Origin: Alphaproteobacteria bacterium
Lineage (GTDB): Bacteria > Pseudomonadota > Alphaproteobacteria > Bin95
Direction: 5' to 3'
DNA: 64,000 nt
NCBI GenBank assembly: GCA_965205265.1
Contig: CBDBGH010000003.1
Coordinates: forward strand, 4,480,001 to 4,544,000
Below the pieces are notes generated by a model that worked only from the letters and a program-made list of their open reading frames with translations, was not told where the DNA came from and searched no databases. The first letter of the stretch is position 1; each line of letters begins with the position of its first letter. The translations under genes were made by a program, and so were the position numbers. Below are positions 29,861-53,152 of this stretch, one piece after another.

Positions 29861-32077
29861 ATGATGCCCGCGCCGGCGCCGGTCCGCACCGACATCCTGC
29901 TGATCGGCGGCGGCCATGCGCATGTGGAGGTGCTGCGCCGCTTCGCCATGCAGCCGGTCCCCGGCCTGCGGCTGACCCTGGCGACGCGCGACATGGCCAC
30001 GCCCTATTCCGGCATGCTGCCGGGGCTGGTCGCGGGCGCCTACAGCCATGCCGAGGCGCATGTCGATCTGGCGCCGCTGGCCGCCTTTGCCGGCGCGCGG
30101 CTGGTGCATGGCGCGGTGACGGGCCTCGACCTCGACCGCAACGAAGCCCTGATAGATGGCCGGCCGCCGCTTGCCTTCGACCTTGTCTCGCTCGACATCG
30201 GGTCTGCGCCGTCTCCGGCGGGCATCGAAGGCGCCGGGCACGCCCTGCCGGTCAAGCCGGTGGACCGGTTCCTCGAATGCTGGGAGGAGGTCGAGGGCCG
30301 GGCGGTGGAGGCCGGGGGGCGGTTCCGGCTCGTCACCGTGGGCGCGGGCGCGGGCGGCGTCGAGCTCACGCTCGCGCTGAAACGCAGGCTGGCCGTGCGC
30401 CTGGCGGAACGGGGCATTCCGGAGGAAGGGCTGCAGTTCACGGTCGTCTCGGATAGGCCCGAGGTCCTGCCGGCTTACGGCCGCGCGGCGCGGCGGAGGA
30501 TCGAGGCGGCGCTGCATCGCTGCGGGATCGAGCGGCGGACGGGCGTGCGGGTGGCGGCGGTCAAGCCCGACGGGGCCGTGACGGAGGCCGGAGAACTGCT
30601 GCCGGCGGACGCGGTGGTCCTGGCGACGCCGGCGGCCCCTGCCGGCTGGGTTGCGGCGTCCGGGCTTGCGGTCGATAAGCGGGGTTTCATGGAGGTGAGG
30701 CAAGACCTGCGCTCCCGAAGCCACCCGCAGGTCTTCGCGGCGGGGGATATCGCCGCGTTCGGCGCGCGCGCCCTGCCGAAATCGGGCGTCTTCGCGGTGC
30801 GCCAGGGTCCGGTTCTGGCGGAGAACCTGCGCCGGCTGGCGACGGGCTCCGGCTCCCTGCGCCCCTACAGGCCGCAGAAACGGACGCTCGCGCTGATTTC
30901 GACGGAGAGCGGGCAGGCGGTCGCCTCCTGGGGGCCGTTCGCCGCCGCCGGCGGCTGGGCATGGCGCTGGAAGGATCGCATCGACCGGCGCTGGATGGAC
31001 CGCTACCGCGACCTGCCGGCCATGCCGGGGGCGGCAGACATGCGCTGCGGGGGCTGCGGCGCGAAGCTGCCGGCGGACCCGCTGGCGCGTGTGCTGGCCC
31101 GCCTTCAGGTTGCGCCGCGCGAGGATGTGGCGCTCGGCCTCGGCGACGACGCCGCGGTCGTGCGGCCGCCGCCCGGCCGGGTCGCCGTTCGCACGGCGGA
31201 CCAGTTCCGCGCCTTCATCGACGACCCCTGGCTCTTCGGGCGCATCGCCGCGAACCACGCGCTCGGCGACCTCTACGCCATGGGGGCCGAGCCCCAGACC
31301 GCGCTCGCGCTGGCGACCTTGCCGCATGCGCCCGACGACAAGCTCGAACGGGACCTCGAAGCGCTGTTGCGCGGCGCGCTGGAGGTGTTGAACGACGCCG
31401 GTTGCGCGCTGGTCGGCGGCCACACGGCGGAGGGGGCGGAACTGGCGCTCGGCTTCGCCCTCGACGGCCACGCCCGCGAGGACCGGCTGACGGGCAAGGA
31501 CGGGCTGGAAGCGGGCGACCGGCTCGTGCTCGCCAAGCCGCTCGGGACCGGCGCGATCCTCGCCGCGCATATGGCCGGCCGCTGCCGGGGCGCGTGGCTG
31601 GGGGCGGCGCTTGCCGCCATGCAGCGGTCCAACCGCGAGGCGGGCGAGGCGTTCCGCGCGCATGGCGCGGTCGCCGTCACCGATGTCACAGGCTTCGGCC
31701 TTGCGGGCCATCTCGGCGAAATGCTCCGCGCCTCGGGCCGCGCGGCCGTTCTGTGGCCCGACGCCCTGCCCGTGCTGCCGGGCGCGGCGGACCTCATCGC
31801 GCGCGGCATCCGCAGCACGCTGCACCCCGCCAATGAGGCGGCGGCGGAGGCCTTCGACCCCGAAGATTGCCCGGTGCTGTTCGACCCGCAGACGGCCGGC
31901 GGTCTGCTGGCGGGCGTGCCGCGGGAGAGGGCGGCCGACTGCCTCGCCGCGCTCGCCGCCGCCGGCTACGCGCAGGCGGCGGTCGTCGGCGAGGTGCTGC
32001 CGGGGCCGCCCGGAGCGCTCTCCCTGTCGGCGGAAGCCGCCGTTCAGCGGCCCGGCTGCGGGACCACGCGCAGATAG
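29861..32077 (+). CDS. selD: FAD-dependent pyridine-nucleotide oxidoreductase fused to selenide,water dikinase
   Basis: N-terminal GGGHAH, YSGMLPG, GAGAGG, FAAGD; C-terminal MRCGGCGAK, DDAAV, GDLYAMG, GGHT, TDVTGFGL, DPQTAGGLL. Confidence 0.9.
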   Translation: MMPAPAPVRTDILLIGGGHAHVEVLRRFAMQPVPGLRLTLATRDMATPYSGMLPGLVAGAYSHAEAHVDLAPLAAFAGARLVHGAVTGLDLDRNEALIDGRPPLAFDLVSLDIGSAPSPAGIEGAGHALPVKPVDRFLECWEEVEGRAVEAGGRFRLVTVGAGAGGVELTLALKRRLAVRLAERGIPEEGLQFTVVSDRPEVLPAYGRAARRRIEAALHRCGIERRTGVRVAAVKPDGAVTEAGELLPADAVVLATPAAPAGWVAASGLAVDKRGFMEVRQDLRSRSHPQVFAAGDIAAFGARALPKSGVFAVRQGPVLAENLRRLATGSGSLRPYRPQKRTLALISTESGQAVASWGPFAAAGGWAWRWKDRIDRRWMDRYRDLPAMPGAADMRCGGCGAKLPADPLARVLARLQVAPREDVALGLGDDAAVVRPPPGRVAVRTADQFRAFIDDPWLFGRIAANHALGDLYAMGAEPQTALALATLPHAPDDKLERDLEALLRGALEVLNDAGCALVGGHTAEGAELALGFALDGHAREDRLTGKDGLEAGDRLVLAKPLGTGAILAAHMAGRCRGAWLGAALAAMQRSNREAGEAFRAHGAVAVTDVTGFGLAGHLGEMLRASGRAAVLWPDALPVLPGAADLIARGIRSTLHPANEAAAEAFDPEDCPVLFDPQTAGGLLAGVPRERAADCLAALAAAGYAQAAVVGEVLPGPPGALSLSAEAAVQRPGCGTTRR

Positions 32078-32679
32078 GGCTTCTGCTCGTCCCAGCCGTC
32101 GGGGAACAGCTCCTTCGCCTGTTCGTCGGTGAGCGCCGGCAGGATGATGACATCGTCGCCCTGCTGCCAGTTCACCGGCGTCGCCACCTTGTGCGCGGCG
32201 GTCAGCTGGAGCGAATCGAGCGTGCGCAGGATCTCGTCGAAATTGCGCCCGGTGGAAGGCGGGTAGGTGATCGTCGCCTTCACCTTCCTGTCCGGCCCGA
32301 TGAAGAACACGGAGCGCACCGTCACCGTCTCGGCGGCATTGGGGTGGATCATGTCGTAGAGCGTGGACACGTTCCGGTCGTGGTCGGCGATGATCGGGAA
32401 GTTGACCGCCTGGCCCTGGGTTTCCTCGATGTCGCTGGCCCATTCCCTGTGGCTGCCCAGCGGATCGACGGACAGGCCGATGATGCGGCAATTGCGCTTC
32501 TCGAACTCGCCCTTGAGGCGCGCGGCGGCCGCGAGCTCGGTCGTGCAGACCGGCGTGAAGTCGGCGGGATGGGAGAAGAGGACGCCCCAGCCGTCGCCGA
32601 GATAATCGTGGAAGGAGACTTCGCCGTCGGTGGTTTCCGCGGTGAAGTCCGGAGCATCGTCGCCAAGACGCAGAGACAT
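32044..32679 (-). CDS. 1-Cys peroxiredoxin (Prx6)
   Basis: FSHPADFTPVCTTE, GRNFDEILR, ATPVNW, PYLR. Confidence 0.95.
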   Translation of the reverse strand: MSLRLGDDAPDFTAETTDGEVSFHDYLGDGWGVLFSHPADFTPVCTTELAAAARLKGEFEKRNCRIIGLSVDPLGSHREWASDIEETQGQAVNFPIIADHDRNVSTLYDMIHPNAAETVTVRSVFFIGPDRKVKATITYPPSTGRNFDEILRTLDSLQLTAAHKVATPVNWQQGDDVIILPALTDEQAKELFPDGWDEQKPYLRVVPQPGR

Positions 32680-32726
32680 GGTGTTTCCCGTATGGTTTTC
32701 GGTTGACCGGCTTTGCCGCAGCGGCT

Positions 32727-33503
32727 TCAGGACGCCCCGGCCGCCGTGCCGCTCATGTAGGTCTGGCGATGCGCTTCGTAAAGGGCGATGCCGGCCGCGA
32801 CGGCGACATTGAGGCTGTCGGCGCCGCCGCTCATCGGTATCGCGGCCTCGAAGTCGCAGGCGCGGCGCACCAGGCGGCGGATGCCGGCGCCTTCCGCTCC
32901 CAGCACCAGGCCGATTCGGCCGGTGAGGTCGAGGCGTGCGAGCGGCAGGTCGGCCGTCCCGTCAAGGGCGGCGAACCAGTATCCGGCCGCCTTGAGCCGC
33001 TCGAGCGTGCGGGCGAGATTGACGATGCGCGCCAGCGGCACGCGCTCCAGCGCCCCGGCCGCGGCCTTGGCGAGCGCGGCGGTTTCCGCCGGTGCGCCGG
33101 CGGCCGGCATGATGACGGCGCGCACGCCGAAAGCCGCGGCCGAGCGGAGGACCGCGCCCACATTGCGCGGGTCGCTCACCCGGTCGAGCAGCAGCAGGCG
33201 CGCCGGGCCGGGCGCCGCCGCGATGGCGTCGAGGTCGGGCGGGGGCAGCGGCTCGCAGTGGAGCGCGACGCCCTGGTGGACGGCGCCGGTGCCGAAACGC
33301 CGGTCGAGCAGGCGGCGCTCCACCGTTTCGACGGGAATGCCGCGCCGGCGGGCTGCAGCCTCCGCTTCCCCGGCCTCCGCCTGGAGGAGCCGGCGTACCT
33401 TGCGGGAAGGGTTCGCCAGGGCCGCGGCCACGGTGTGGCGGCCATGGAGCCAGAGTTCGCCGGCGGCGGGCGGTTTGCCGCGATTTTGCGTCCGATGGGC
33501 CAT
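32727..33503 (-). CDS. rlmB: 23S rRNA Gm2251 methyltransferase (SpoU/TrmH family)
   Basis: HQGVA, DPRNVGAVLRSA, LGAEGAG, SLNVAVA; conserved position opposite tRNA-Tyr. Confidence 0.85.
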   Translation of the reverse strand: MAHRTQNRGKPPAAGELWLHGRHTVAAALANPSRKVRRLLQAEAGEAEAAARRRGIPVETVERRLLDRRFGTGAVHQGVALHCEPLPPPDLDAIAAAPGPARLLLLDRVSDPRNVGAVLRSAAAFGVRAVIMPAAGAPAETAALAKAAAGALERVPLARIVNLARTLERLKAAGYWFAALDGTADLPLARLDLTGRIGLVLGAEGAGIRRLVRRACDFEAAIPMSGGADSLNVAVAAGIALYEAHRQTYMSGTAAGAS

Positions 33504-33531
33504 TGACATTCCGACGCGACCATACCATTTT
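33503..33531 (+). promoter_or_regulatory. Putative sigma70 promoter of tRNA-Tyr/Gly-tuf
   Basis: TTGACA-17 bp-CATTTT, followed by a GC-rich discriminator. Confidence 0.55.
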
Positions 33532-33555
33532 CGCCCGCCGTTTCGGGGACGGAAC

Positions 33556-33640
33556 GGAGGGGTGCCCGAGTGGCTAAAGGGGACGGGCTGTAAACCCGTT
33601 GGCGTTGCCTACGTTGGTTCGAATCCAACCCCCTCCACCA
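33556..33640 (+). tRNA. tRNA-Tyr(GTA)
   Basis: GGAGGGG acceptor, CT-GTA-AA loop, long variable arm, CCA. Confidence 0.97.
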
Positions 33641-33723
33641 TTCGGACGGCCCGGACGACGGTCGAACGGCGGGGTATGAGCGCAGCGCAGGACTGCACGG
33701 ACGGAAACCGGGACGGAGCGCCG

Positions 33724-33797
33724 GCGGGTGTAGCTCAATGGTAGAGCCCCAGCCTTCCAAGCTGGTTGTGCGGGTTCGATTCCCGTCACCCGCTCCA
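33724..33797 (+). tRNA. tRNA-Gly(TCC)
   Basis: GCGGGTG acceptor, CT-TCC-AA loop, CCA. Confidence 0.97.
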
Positions 33798-33863
33798 GCT
33801 TCGGCCGGGACGAACGGAACCGACTAGAAACCAGAACCCAGGTATCGCAGCGGGACGAGGTCG

Positions 33864-35027
<1,164 letters not shown>

Positions 35028-35054
<27 letters not shown>

Positions 35055-35135
35055 GGCGTCGGCGCCTCGAACGACGACTGAGGCGACGACGCCTCGAACG
35101 ACGACTGAGGCGACGACGCCTCGAACGACGACTGA
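35028..35135 (+). repeat. 27-bp tandem repeat x4 built from the last 9 codons of tuf
   Basis: GGCGTCGTCGCCTCAATCGACGACTGA followed by three variants GGCGWCGRCGCCTCGAACGACGACTGA. Confidence 0.95.
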
Positions 35136-35171
35136 ACGGCGGAGGATCGACAGAACGCCATGGATCTCAGT

Positions 35172-35247
35172 AGGAGCATAGCTCAATTGGTAGAGCACCG
35201 GTCTCCAAAACCGGGGGTTGCGGGTTCGAGTCCTGCTGCTCCTGCCA
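35172..35247 (+). tRNA. tRNA-Trp(CCA)
   Basis: AGGAGCA acceptor, CT-CCA-AA loop, CCA end. Confidence 0.97.
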
Positions 35248-35259
35248 TCTGAGGCTGTC

Positions 35260-35457
35260 ATGGCGCGAACCAGCCCCGGCGCTTTCATCCGCCAGGTCCG
35301 CCAGGAGGCGGCGAAGGTCACCTGGCCTTCCCGCAAGGAGACCGGCGTCTCCACGGCCATGGTGTTCGTCATGGTGACCCTGGCGGCGCTGTTCTTCTTC
35401 GTCGTGGACCAGGCGCTGGCGTGGATCGTGCGCGTCGTTCTCGGGTTCGGGGGATAG
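35260..35457 (+). CDS. secE: Preprotein translocase SecE
   Basis: KVTWPSRKET plus one TM helix. Confidence 0.95.
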   Translation: MARTSPGAFIRQVRQEAAKVTWPSRKETGVSTAMVFVMVTLAALFFFVVDQALAWIVRVVLGFGG

Positions 35458-35461
35458 CGTC

Positions 35462-36037
35462 GTGACCGCGCTCTGGTACGTCATCCATGTGCATTCGGGC
35501 TCCGAGCAGAAGGTCGCGGCGGCGATTCGCGAGCAGGCGGACCGGCAGGGCGTGGGCGGGCTGATCGAGGAGATCAGCGTGCCCATGGAAAAGGTCGCCG
35601 AAATCCGGCGCGGGCGGCGCGTGACCGGGGAGCGCAAGTTCTTCCCCGGCTATGTGCTCATCAAGATGGAAACGCAGCAGAACGCCGAACGGCCCGAGCG
35701 GACAGGCAGCCGCCCGGACGACCGCGTCTGGCATCTGGTCAAGAACACGCCGAAGGTCACGGGCTTCCTCGGCGGCGGCGGCAACCGGCCTCTTCCGATA
35801 TCCGAGCCCGAGGCCAACCGCATCCTCTACCAGGTCAGCGAAGGCGTCGAACGCCCGCGGCCGTCGGTCATCTACGATGTCGGCGAACAGGTCCGGGTCT
35901 CGGACGGCCCGTTCACCTCCTTCACCGGCGTGGTGGAAGAAGTCGATGAGGAACGCGCGCGGCTCAAGGTTTCGGTGTCGATTTTCGGGCGCGCGACGCC
36001 CGTCGATCTCGAATATTCGCAAGTGGAAAAAACCTGA
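35462..36037 (+). CDS. nusG: Transcription termination/antitermination factor NusG
   Basis: WYVIHVHSG, FFPGYVL, KOW motif, FGRATPV. Confidence 0.97.
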   Translation: MTALWYVIHVHSGSEQKVAAAIREQADRQGVGGLIEEISVPMEKVAEIRRGRRVTGERKFFPGYVLIKMETQQNAERPERTGSRPDDRVWHLVKNTPKVTGFLGGGGNRPLPISEPEANRILYQVSEGVERPRPSVIYDVGEQVRVSDGPFTSFTGVVEEVDEERARLKVSVSIFGRATPVDLEYSQVEKT

Positions 36038-36124
36038 CCGCAAACAGCAACGAGGCGAAGGCGGGAGGCCGACCCCGGCCGTGACCGCCGGCGGCAGAAG
36101 CGCCGCCGCATCTGGGGAGCCGAA

Positions 36125-36556
36125 ATGGCAAAGAAAATCAGCGGCTACATCAAGCTGCAGGTTCCGGCGGGGCAAGCCACGCCGCAGCCGCCCATCGGTC
36201 CGGTTCTGGGACAACGCGGACTGAACATCATGGAGTTCTGCAAGGCGTTCAACGCCGCAACGCAGGCCCAGGAACAGGGCGTGCCGCTTCCGACGATCAT
36301 CACCGTCTATGCGGACAAGTCCTTCAGCTTCACGATGAAGACGCCGCCGGCGAGTTTCCTGCTGCGGCGCGCGGCGGGGCTCGACAAGGGCAGCCAGACG
36401 CCCGGCCGGGAGAGTGCGGGCCAGGTCACGCGCGCGCAGCTGCGGGAGATCGCAGAGACGAAGATGGAGGACCTGAACGCCAACGACCTCGACGCCGCCG
36501 TGGCCATGCTCGCGGGCTCCGCCCGGTCCATGGGCCTCGAAGTGACGGAGGGCTGA
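36125..36556 (+). CDS. rplK: 50S ribosomal protein L11
   Basis: [18 protein letters not shown]. Confidence 0.98.
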   Translation: MAKKISGYIKLQVPAGQATPQPPIGPVLGQRGLNIMEFCKAFNAATQAQEQGVPLPTIITVYADKSFSFTMKTPPASFLLRRAAGLDKGSQTPGRESAGQVTRAQLREIAETKMEDLNANDLDAAVAMLAGSARSMGLEVTEG

Positions 36557-36560
36557 GGCG

Positions 36561-37265
36561 ATGGCGAGCCGCAAGGGCAAGCGGATGCGCGCCGCGTGGG
36601 ACGGCGTGGACCGCACCGTCGAGCACGAACTCGCCGAAGCGGTGCGCCTGGTCCGGGAGCGCGCCGGCGCCAAATTCGACGAAACGGTGGATATCGCGAT
36701 CAATCTCGGCGTCGATCCGCGCCATGCGGACCAGATGGTGCGCGGGGTTTGCGACCTGCCGCACGGCACCGGCAAGCCCGTGCGCGTGGCGGTGTTTGCG
36801 CGCGGCGCGAAGGCCGACGAGGCCCGGGAGGCAGGCGCCGACGTGGTGGGCGCAGAAGATCTTGCCGAGACGATCAACGGGGGCGAGATCGCCTTCGACC
36901 GCGCCATCGCCACGCCGGATACCATGCCGGTGGTGGGCCGGCTCGGCCGCATTCTGGGCCCCCGCGGCCTGATGCCGAACCCGCGCCTCGGCACCGTGAC
37001 CATGGATGTGGCGGACGCCGTGCGGGCGGCCAAGGGCGGGCAGGTGCAGTTCCGGGTCGAACGGGCCGGAATTGTGCATGCCGGCATCGGCAAGGCGAGC
37101 TTCGAGCAGGAGGCGCTGGAAGGCAATGCCCGCGCTTTCTTCGACGCCATACTGCGCGCCAAGCCCACCGGCGCCAAGGGAACCTATATCAAGCGCGTCA
37201 CGCTCAGCTCCACGATGGGGCCGGGCGTGCGCGTGGATGCAAGCGCTCTCGGCGGAGCGGGCTGA
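36561..37265 (+). CDS. rplA: 50S ribosomal protein L1
   Basis: [23 protein letters not shown]. Confidence 0.98.
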   Translation: MASRKGKRMRAAWDGVDRTVEHELAEAVRLVRERAGAKFDETVDIAINLGVDPRHADQMVRGVCDLPHGTGKPVRVAVFARGAKADEAREAGADVVGAEDLAETINGGEIAFDRAIATPDTMPVVGRLGRILGPRGLMPNPRLGTVTMDVADAVRAAKGGQVQFRVERAGIVHAGIGKASFEQEALEGNARAFFDAILRAKPTGAKGTYIKRVTLSSTMGPGVRVDASALGGAG

Positions 37266-37284
37266 ACCGAACCGCCGAAAGAAA

Positions 37285-37400
37285 CCTGTCCGAGACCGTC
37301 GGTGTCCGCGCCTGCCCGCAGGCCGGACCTAAAGCGAAAGCGCCGGCGCTAGACGGGAGGAAGACGCCGGGCTGCCGGCGTCCGCTTCCGGGACAGGGTC
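37285..37400 (+). promoter_or_regulatory. L10 leader (autoregulatory RNA); boundaries approximate
   Basis: GTCCGAGACCGTCGGTG...TAAA...CCGGCGCTAGACGG between rplA and rplJ resembles the L10 leader pattern. Confidence 0.65.
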
Positions 37401-37467
37401 CGACGCCGCCTGCAAGGGCGGTCAACACCAACCGGGGCCGCAAAGGCCCCACCCAGGAGAGGACCCC

Positions 37468-37977
37468 TTGCTCAAGAAGCAGAAAGAGGAATTGGTCCGG
37501 AACATGACCGAGAGCTTCGGCGGCGCCGAACTCATGGTCGTGACCCGGCATTCCGGACTGACGGTGGCCGAGATGACGGACCTGCGCCGGCGCATGCGCG
37601 CGGCGGGCGTCACGTTCAGGGTCACCAAGAACCGGCTGGTGAAACGCGCGCTGGAAAAGACCTCCTTCGCCGATATCCAGCCCCTGTTCTCCGGCCCTAC
37701 GGCGGTCGCGTTCTCGACCGACCCGGTGGCGGCGGCCAAGGTGGCCGTCGACTACGCCAACGAGAACGACAAGCTCTCCGTGCTGGGCGGCATGCTCGGC
37801 GCCGAGACGCTGGACCAAGCGGGGGTGGACGCGCTCGCGAAGCTGCCTTCGCTGGACGAGTTGCGCGGCAGGATCGTGGGGCTGCTTCAGGCGCCGGGAA
37901 GCAAGATTGCGCGCCTGCTGGGAGAACCCGGCGCGCAGCTTGCGCGCGTCTTCTCAGCCCGCGGCGACTCGGGCTGA
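37468..37977 (+). CDS. rplJ: 50S ribosomal protein L10
   Basis: GLTVAEMTDLRR, VTKNRL, LPSLDELR; TTG start. Confidence 0.97.
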   Translation: MLKKQKEELVRNMTESFGGAELMVVTRHSGLTVAEMTDLRRRMRAAGVTFRVTKNRLVKRALEKTSFADIQPLFSGPTAVAFSTDPVAAAKVAVDYANENDKLSVLGGMLGAETLDQAGVDALAKLPSLDELRGRIVGLLQAPGSKIARLLGEPGAQLARVFSARGDSG

Positions 37978-38042
37978 CCGCCCGCAGCCGGCAGATATTG
38001 AGCCAAACACGAACCGGAAAGCGAACCCAGGAGTAACAACAG

Positions 38043-38417
38043 ATGGCCGATCTACAGAAACTCGCCGACGAACTCTCGGAACTGACCGTCATCCAGGCGG
38101 CCGAATTGTCGAAAATGCTCGAAGAGAAGTGGGGCGTATCCGCCGCCGCGCCGGTCGCGGTCGCCGCGGCGTCGAACGGCGAAGCCGCCGCCGCCGTGGA
38201 AGAGCAGACCGAATTCGACGTCATCCTGGCGTCCTTCGGCGAAAAGAAGATCAATGTGATCAAGGAAATCCGGGCCATTACCGGCCTCGGCCTCAAGGAG
38301 GCCAAGGAGCTGGTCGAGTCCGCGCCGAAGCCCGTCAAGGAAGGCGTGAGCAAGGAGGAAGGCGAGGAGTTGAAGGAAAAGCTCGAAGGAGCGGGCGCCA
38401 CGGTAGAACTGAAGTAG
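38043..38417 (+). CDS. rplL: 50S ribosomal protein L7/L12
   Basis: [20 protein letters not shown]. Confidence 0.98.
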   Translation: MADLQKLADELSELTVIQAAELSKMLEEKWGVSAAAPVAVAAASNGEAAAAVEEQTEFDVILASFGEKKINVIKEIRAITGLGLKEAKELVESAPKPVKEGVSKEEGEELKEKLEGAGATVELK

Positions 38418-38601
38418 CCGGATTGGCCGGCCGAATGGACAACGGCCCGGGCGCCGGGCCGGAAATCGGGAGCAGGCGCGGCCGCGGGCCCGGGAGACGG
38501 GCGCGCGGCTCCGTCGCCGTTTGCCATTTTCGTGCCGCAACCCAGTTAAACAATGATCTTGCCGCCGGCCGCCGGCCGGCGTGGAACAGGGTGGATCGGA
38601 C

Positions 38602-42753
<4,152 letters not shown>

Positions 42754-42796
42754 CGGCGCGTCCGCCGCTGTCCCCAACCCGCTCTGGAGTCACCGC

Positions 42797-46966
<4,170 letters not shown>

Positions 46967-47013
46967 AGCAGGGCTGGCGGTGCGAAAACCGGCGGGCAGG
47001 CGTCTTTCGGCGC

Positions 47014-47042
47014 TTGACGCCCTCCGGCCGCACCGTTAAAAG
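47014..47042 (+). promoter_or_regulatory. Putative str operon promoter
   Basis: TTGACG-17 bp-TAAAAG. Confidence 0.5.
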
Positions 47043-47259
47043 CCCGCCAACCTTATTCGGGGAGGCGGCGGTAAGCTCGCTTGCGGCGGGTTTAGACGCG
47101 TCTTCGAGCCGGTCTGGGGCCGAGCGGAGTTCGATTTTCCGGACACTCGAACGCTCAGGCGAGCCTGCGCGCGATACGCGGAGGCGGTCGGTTCGTTTTC
47201 GGTCCTGCGGGGTCCGCAGGCCGCTTCTCCGGATGGGGCAGAAGGTGCAAGGAGGCGCA

Positions 47260-47631
47260 ATGCCGACGATCAACCAGCTGATCCGCAAGTCGCGGACCGC
47301 GCCCAGGGCGCGCAATAAGGTGCCGGCGCTGGAGGCTTGTCCCCAGAAGCGCGGCGTCTGCACGCGCGTCTATACGACCACGCCGAAAAAGCCGAACTCG
47401 GCGCTGCGCAAGGTGGCGCGCGTGCGCCTGACCAACGGCTTCGAGGTGACGAGCTACATCCCGGGCGTCGGCCACAACCTCCAGGAGCACTCGGTCGTCC
47501 TGATCCGGGGCGGGCGCGTGAAGGACCTGCCGGGCGTGCGCTACCACATCATCCGCGGCACGCTGGACACGCAGGGGGTCGCCGACCGCCGCCAGCGCCG
47601 GTCGAAATACGGCGCCAAGCGTCCGAGGTAG
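47260..47631 (+). CDS. rpsL: 30S ribosomal protein S12
   Basis: [24 protein letters not shown]. Confidence 0.99.
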   Translation: MPTINQLIRKSRTAPRARNKVPALEACPQKRGVCTRVYTTTPKKPNSALRKVARVRLTNGFEVTSYIPGVGHNLQEHSVVLIRGGRVKDLPGVRYHIIRGTLDTQGVADRRQRRSKYGAKRPR

Positions 47632-47645
47632 GGAGACCGGAAGCC

Positions 47646-48116
47646 ATGTCGCGCCGCCGTGCAGCAGAAAAACGCGAGCCGATTCCCGATCCGCGATACG
47701 GGGATGCGGTGATCTCCAAATTCGTCAACTGCCTGATGCTGGACGGCAAGAAGTCCACGGCCGAGCGCATCGTTTACGGAGCTCTGGAGAGGGCGGAACG
47801 GCGCGCCGGCGTCGATGCGCTGCAGGTCTTCCACGCCGCGCTCGACAATGTGCGCCCCAATCTCGAAGTGCGGTCCCGCCGGGTGGGCGGCGCCACCTAC
47901 CAGGTGCCGGTCGAGGTGCGCCCGGACCGGGCGCAGGCGCTGGCGATCCGTTGGTTGATCGACGTGGCGCGCAAGCGCTCCGAAAAGACCATGATCGACC
48001 GGCTCAGCGGCGAGCTGATCGACGCCATCAACCAGCGCGGCGCGGCGGTCAAGAAGCGCGAGGACACCCACCGGATGGCCGAGGCCAACCGGGCGTTCTC
48101 GCACTACCGCTGGTAA
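47646..48116 (+). CDS. rpsG: 30S ribosomal protein S7
   Basis: [24 protein letters not shown]. Confidence 0.99.
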   Translation: MSRRRAAEKREPIPDPRYGDAVISKFVNCLMLDGKKSTAERIVYGALERAERRAGVDALQVFHAALDNVRPNLEVRSRRVGGATYQVPVEVRPDRAQALAIRWLIDVARKRSEKTMIDRLSGELIDAINQRGAAVKKREDTHRMAEANRAFSHYRW

Positions 48117-48140
48117 CGGACAGAGCCGGAGCACCCTCCC

Positions 48141-50216
<2,076 letters not shown>

Positions 50217-50247
50217 CGGCAGGGAAGAAAAGAGGGGCACGGGAATC

Positions 50248-51438
<1,191 letters not shown>

Positions 51439-51482
51439 ACGACGCCCAGCCGCCGGGACGCCGGAACGAGAGACCGAGTGCC

Positions 51483-51791
51483 ATGGATCACCAGAATATC
51501 CGCATACGCCTGAAGGCGTTCGACCACCGGGTTCTCGACCAGTCCACCGGCGAGATCGTGAGCACGGCGAAACGCACCGGCGCCCAGGTGCGCGGGCCGA
51601 TTCCGCTGCCCGTGCGCATCCAGCGCTACACCGTGCTGCGCGGCCCGCATATCGACAAGAAGAGCCGCGAGCAGTTCGAGATGCGCACCCATCGCCGGGT
51701 GCTCGATATCGTCGATCCGACGCCGCAGACCGTGGACGCGCTGATGAAGCTCGATCTCGCGGCCGGCGTCGATGTCGAGATCAAGGTCTGA
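51483..51791 (+). CDS. rpsJ: 30S ribosomal protein S10
   Basis: [15 protein letters not shown]. Confidence 0.99.
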   Translation: MDHQNIRIRLKAFDHRVLDQSTGEIVSTAKRTGAQVRGPIPLPVRIQRYTVLRGPHIDKKSREQFEMRTHRRVLDIVDPTPQTVDALMKLDLAAGVDVEIKV

Positions 51792-51807
51792 GGGAGGCTC
51801 GGGGTCG

Positions 51808-52527
51808 ATGCGAACCGGCGTCATTGCCCGCAAGCTCGGCATGATGCGCATGTTTGCGGAAACGGGCGCGCATGTACCGGTCACGGTGTTGTCGCTCGAC
51901 CGCTGCCGCGTGGTCGCGCAGCGCCGCGAGGAGCCGGACGGCTATACGGCGCTGCAGCTCGGCGCCGGTATGGCGCGCACCAAGCGGATCACGCGCCCGA
52001 TGCGCGGCCATTTCGCCAAGGCGAAGGTCGAGCCGGCGAGGCGGCTCGCCGAGTTCCGGGTTTCGGAAGACGCGCTGGTCGAGGTGGGCGCGGAGCTTTC
52101 CGCCGGCCATTTCGTCAAGGGCCAGCATGTCGATGTCTCGGGCACGAGTATCGGCAAGGGCTTCGCCGGGGCGATGAAGCGGCACAATTTCCGCGGCCTC
52201 CGGGCCTCGCACGGCGTCTCCATCTCGCACCGTTCGCACGGCTCCACCGGCAACAGCCAGAATCCGGGCAAGGTCTGGAAAGGCAAGAAGATGGCCGGCC
52301 GTATGGGCGATGCGCGGGCCACGGTGCAGAATCTGGAAGTGGTCGATACCGATGTCGAGCGCGGCCTCATCATGGTGAAGGGCGCGGTGCCGGGTGCGAA
52401 AGGCGGCTGGGTGCTGGTGTCCGATGCGCGCAAGCGCAAGCTGCCGGAGGACGCGCCGTTCCCGGCCGGCCTCAAGGCGCCGGAAGAGGCGGAAGCCGAA
52501 GCGCCGGCCGGCGAGAACGGGGAGTAG
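51808..52527 (+). CDS. rplC: 50S ribosomal protein L3
   Basis: [19 protein letters not shown]. Confidence 0.98.
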   Translation: MRTGVIARKLGMMRMFAETGAHVPVTVLSLDRCRVVAQRREEPDGYTALQLGAGMARTKRITRPMRGHFAKAKVEPARRLAEFRVSEDALVEVGAELSAGHFVKGQHVDVSGTSIGKGFAGAMKRHNFRGLRASHGVSISHRSHGSTGNSQNPGKVWKGKKMAGRMGDARATVQNLEVVDTDVERGLIMVKGAVPGAKGGWVLVSDARKRKLPEDAPFPAGLKAPEEAEAEAPAGENGE

Positions 52528-52531
52528 GAAG

Positions 52532-53152
52532 ATGCAGCTCCCGGTCAAGGATTGGGACAACCGCGAAACCGGCAGCATCGAGCTCGCCGACGGCGTGTTC
52601 GGCGGCGAGGTGCGCCGCGACCTGCTGGCCCGCGTGGTGAACTGGCAGCGCGCGAAGAAGCGCGGCGGCAACCACAAGGTCAAGGAACGCAGCGAGGTCG
52701 CGCGCGTCAAATCCAAGATCTACCGCCAGAAGGGCACGGGCCGGGCCCGTCACGGCGCGGCGACGGCGAACATCTTCCGCGGCGGCGGGGTCGTCCACGG
52801 GCCCCGGGTCCGCGACCACGCCCACAAGCTGCCGAAGAAGGTCCGGGCGGCGGGGCTGCGTGCGGCGCTGGCGTCCAAGACCCAGGCCGGGAAGCTGATC
52901 GTGGTCGAGGATCTTGCGCTGGAAAGCGGACGCACGCGCGATCTGGCGAACCGGCTCCGGGAGATGGAACTCGATTCGGCGCTGATTGTGGGCGGCGAGA
53001 CGGTGGATGAGAATTTCCGCCGGGCCGCGGCCAATATCGTCGGGATCGACGTGCTGCCGCGCATGGGCGCCAATGTCTATGACATTCTGCGGCGCGACGT
53101 GCTGGTGCTGACGCGCGAGGCGGCCGCTCATCTTGAGGAGCGCCTGTCATGA
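52532..53152 (+). CDS. rplD: 50S ribosomal protein L4
   Basis: [11 protein letters not shown]. Confidence 0.98.
   Translation: MQLPVKDWDNRETGSIELADGVFGGEVRRDLLARVVNWQRAKKRGGNHKVKERSEVARVKSKIYRQKGTGRARHGAATANIFRGGGVVHGPRVRDHAHKLPKKVRAAGLRAALASKTQAGKLIVVEDLALESGRTRDLANRLREMELDSALIVGGETVDENFRRAAANIVGIDVLPRMGANVYDILRRDVLVLTREAAAHLEERLS

Noticed and set aside
30990-31080. Selenocysteine (UGA) recoding in SelD
   Set aside because: The active-site motif is encoded by Cys codons (TGC); there is no in-frame TGA.
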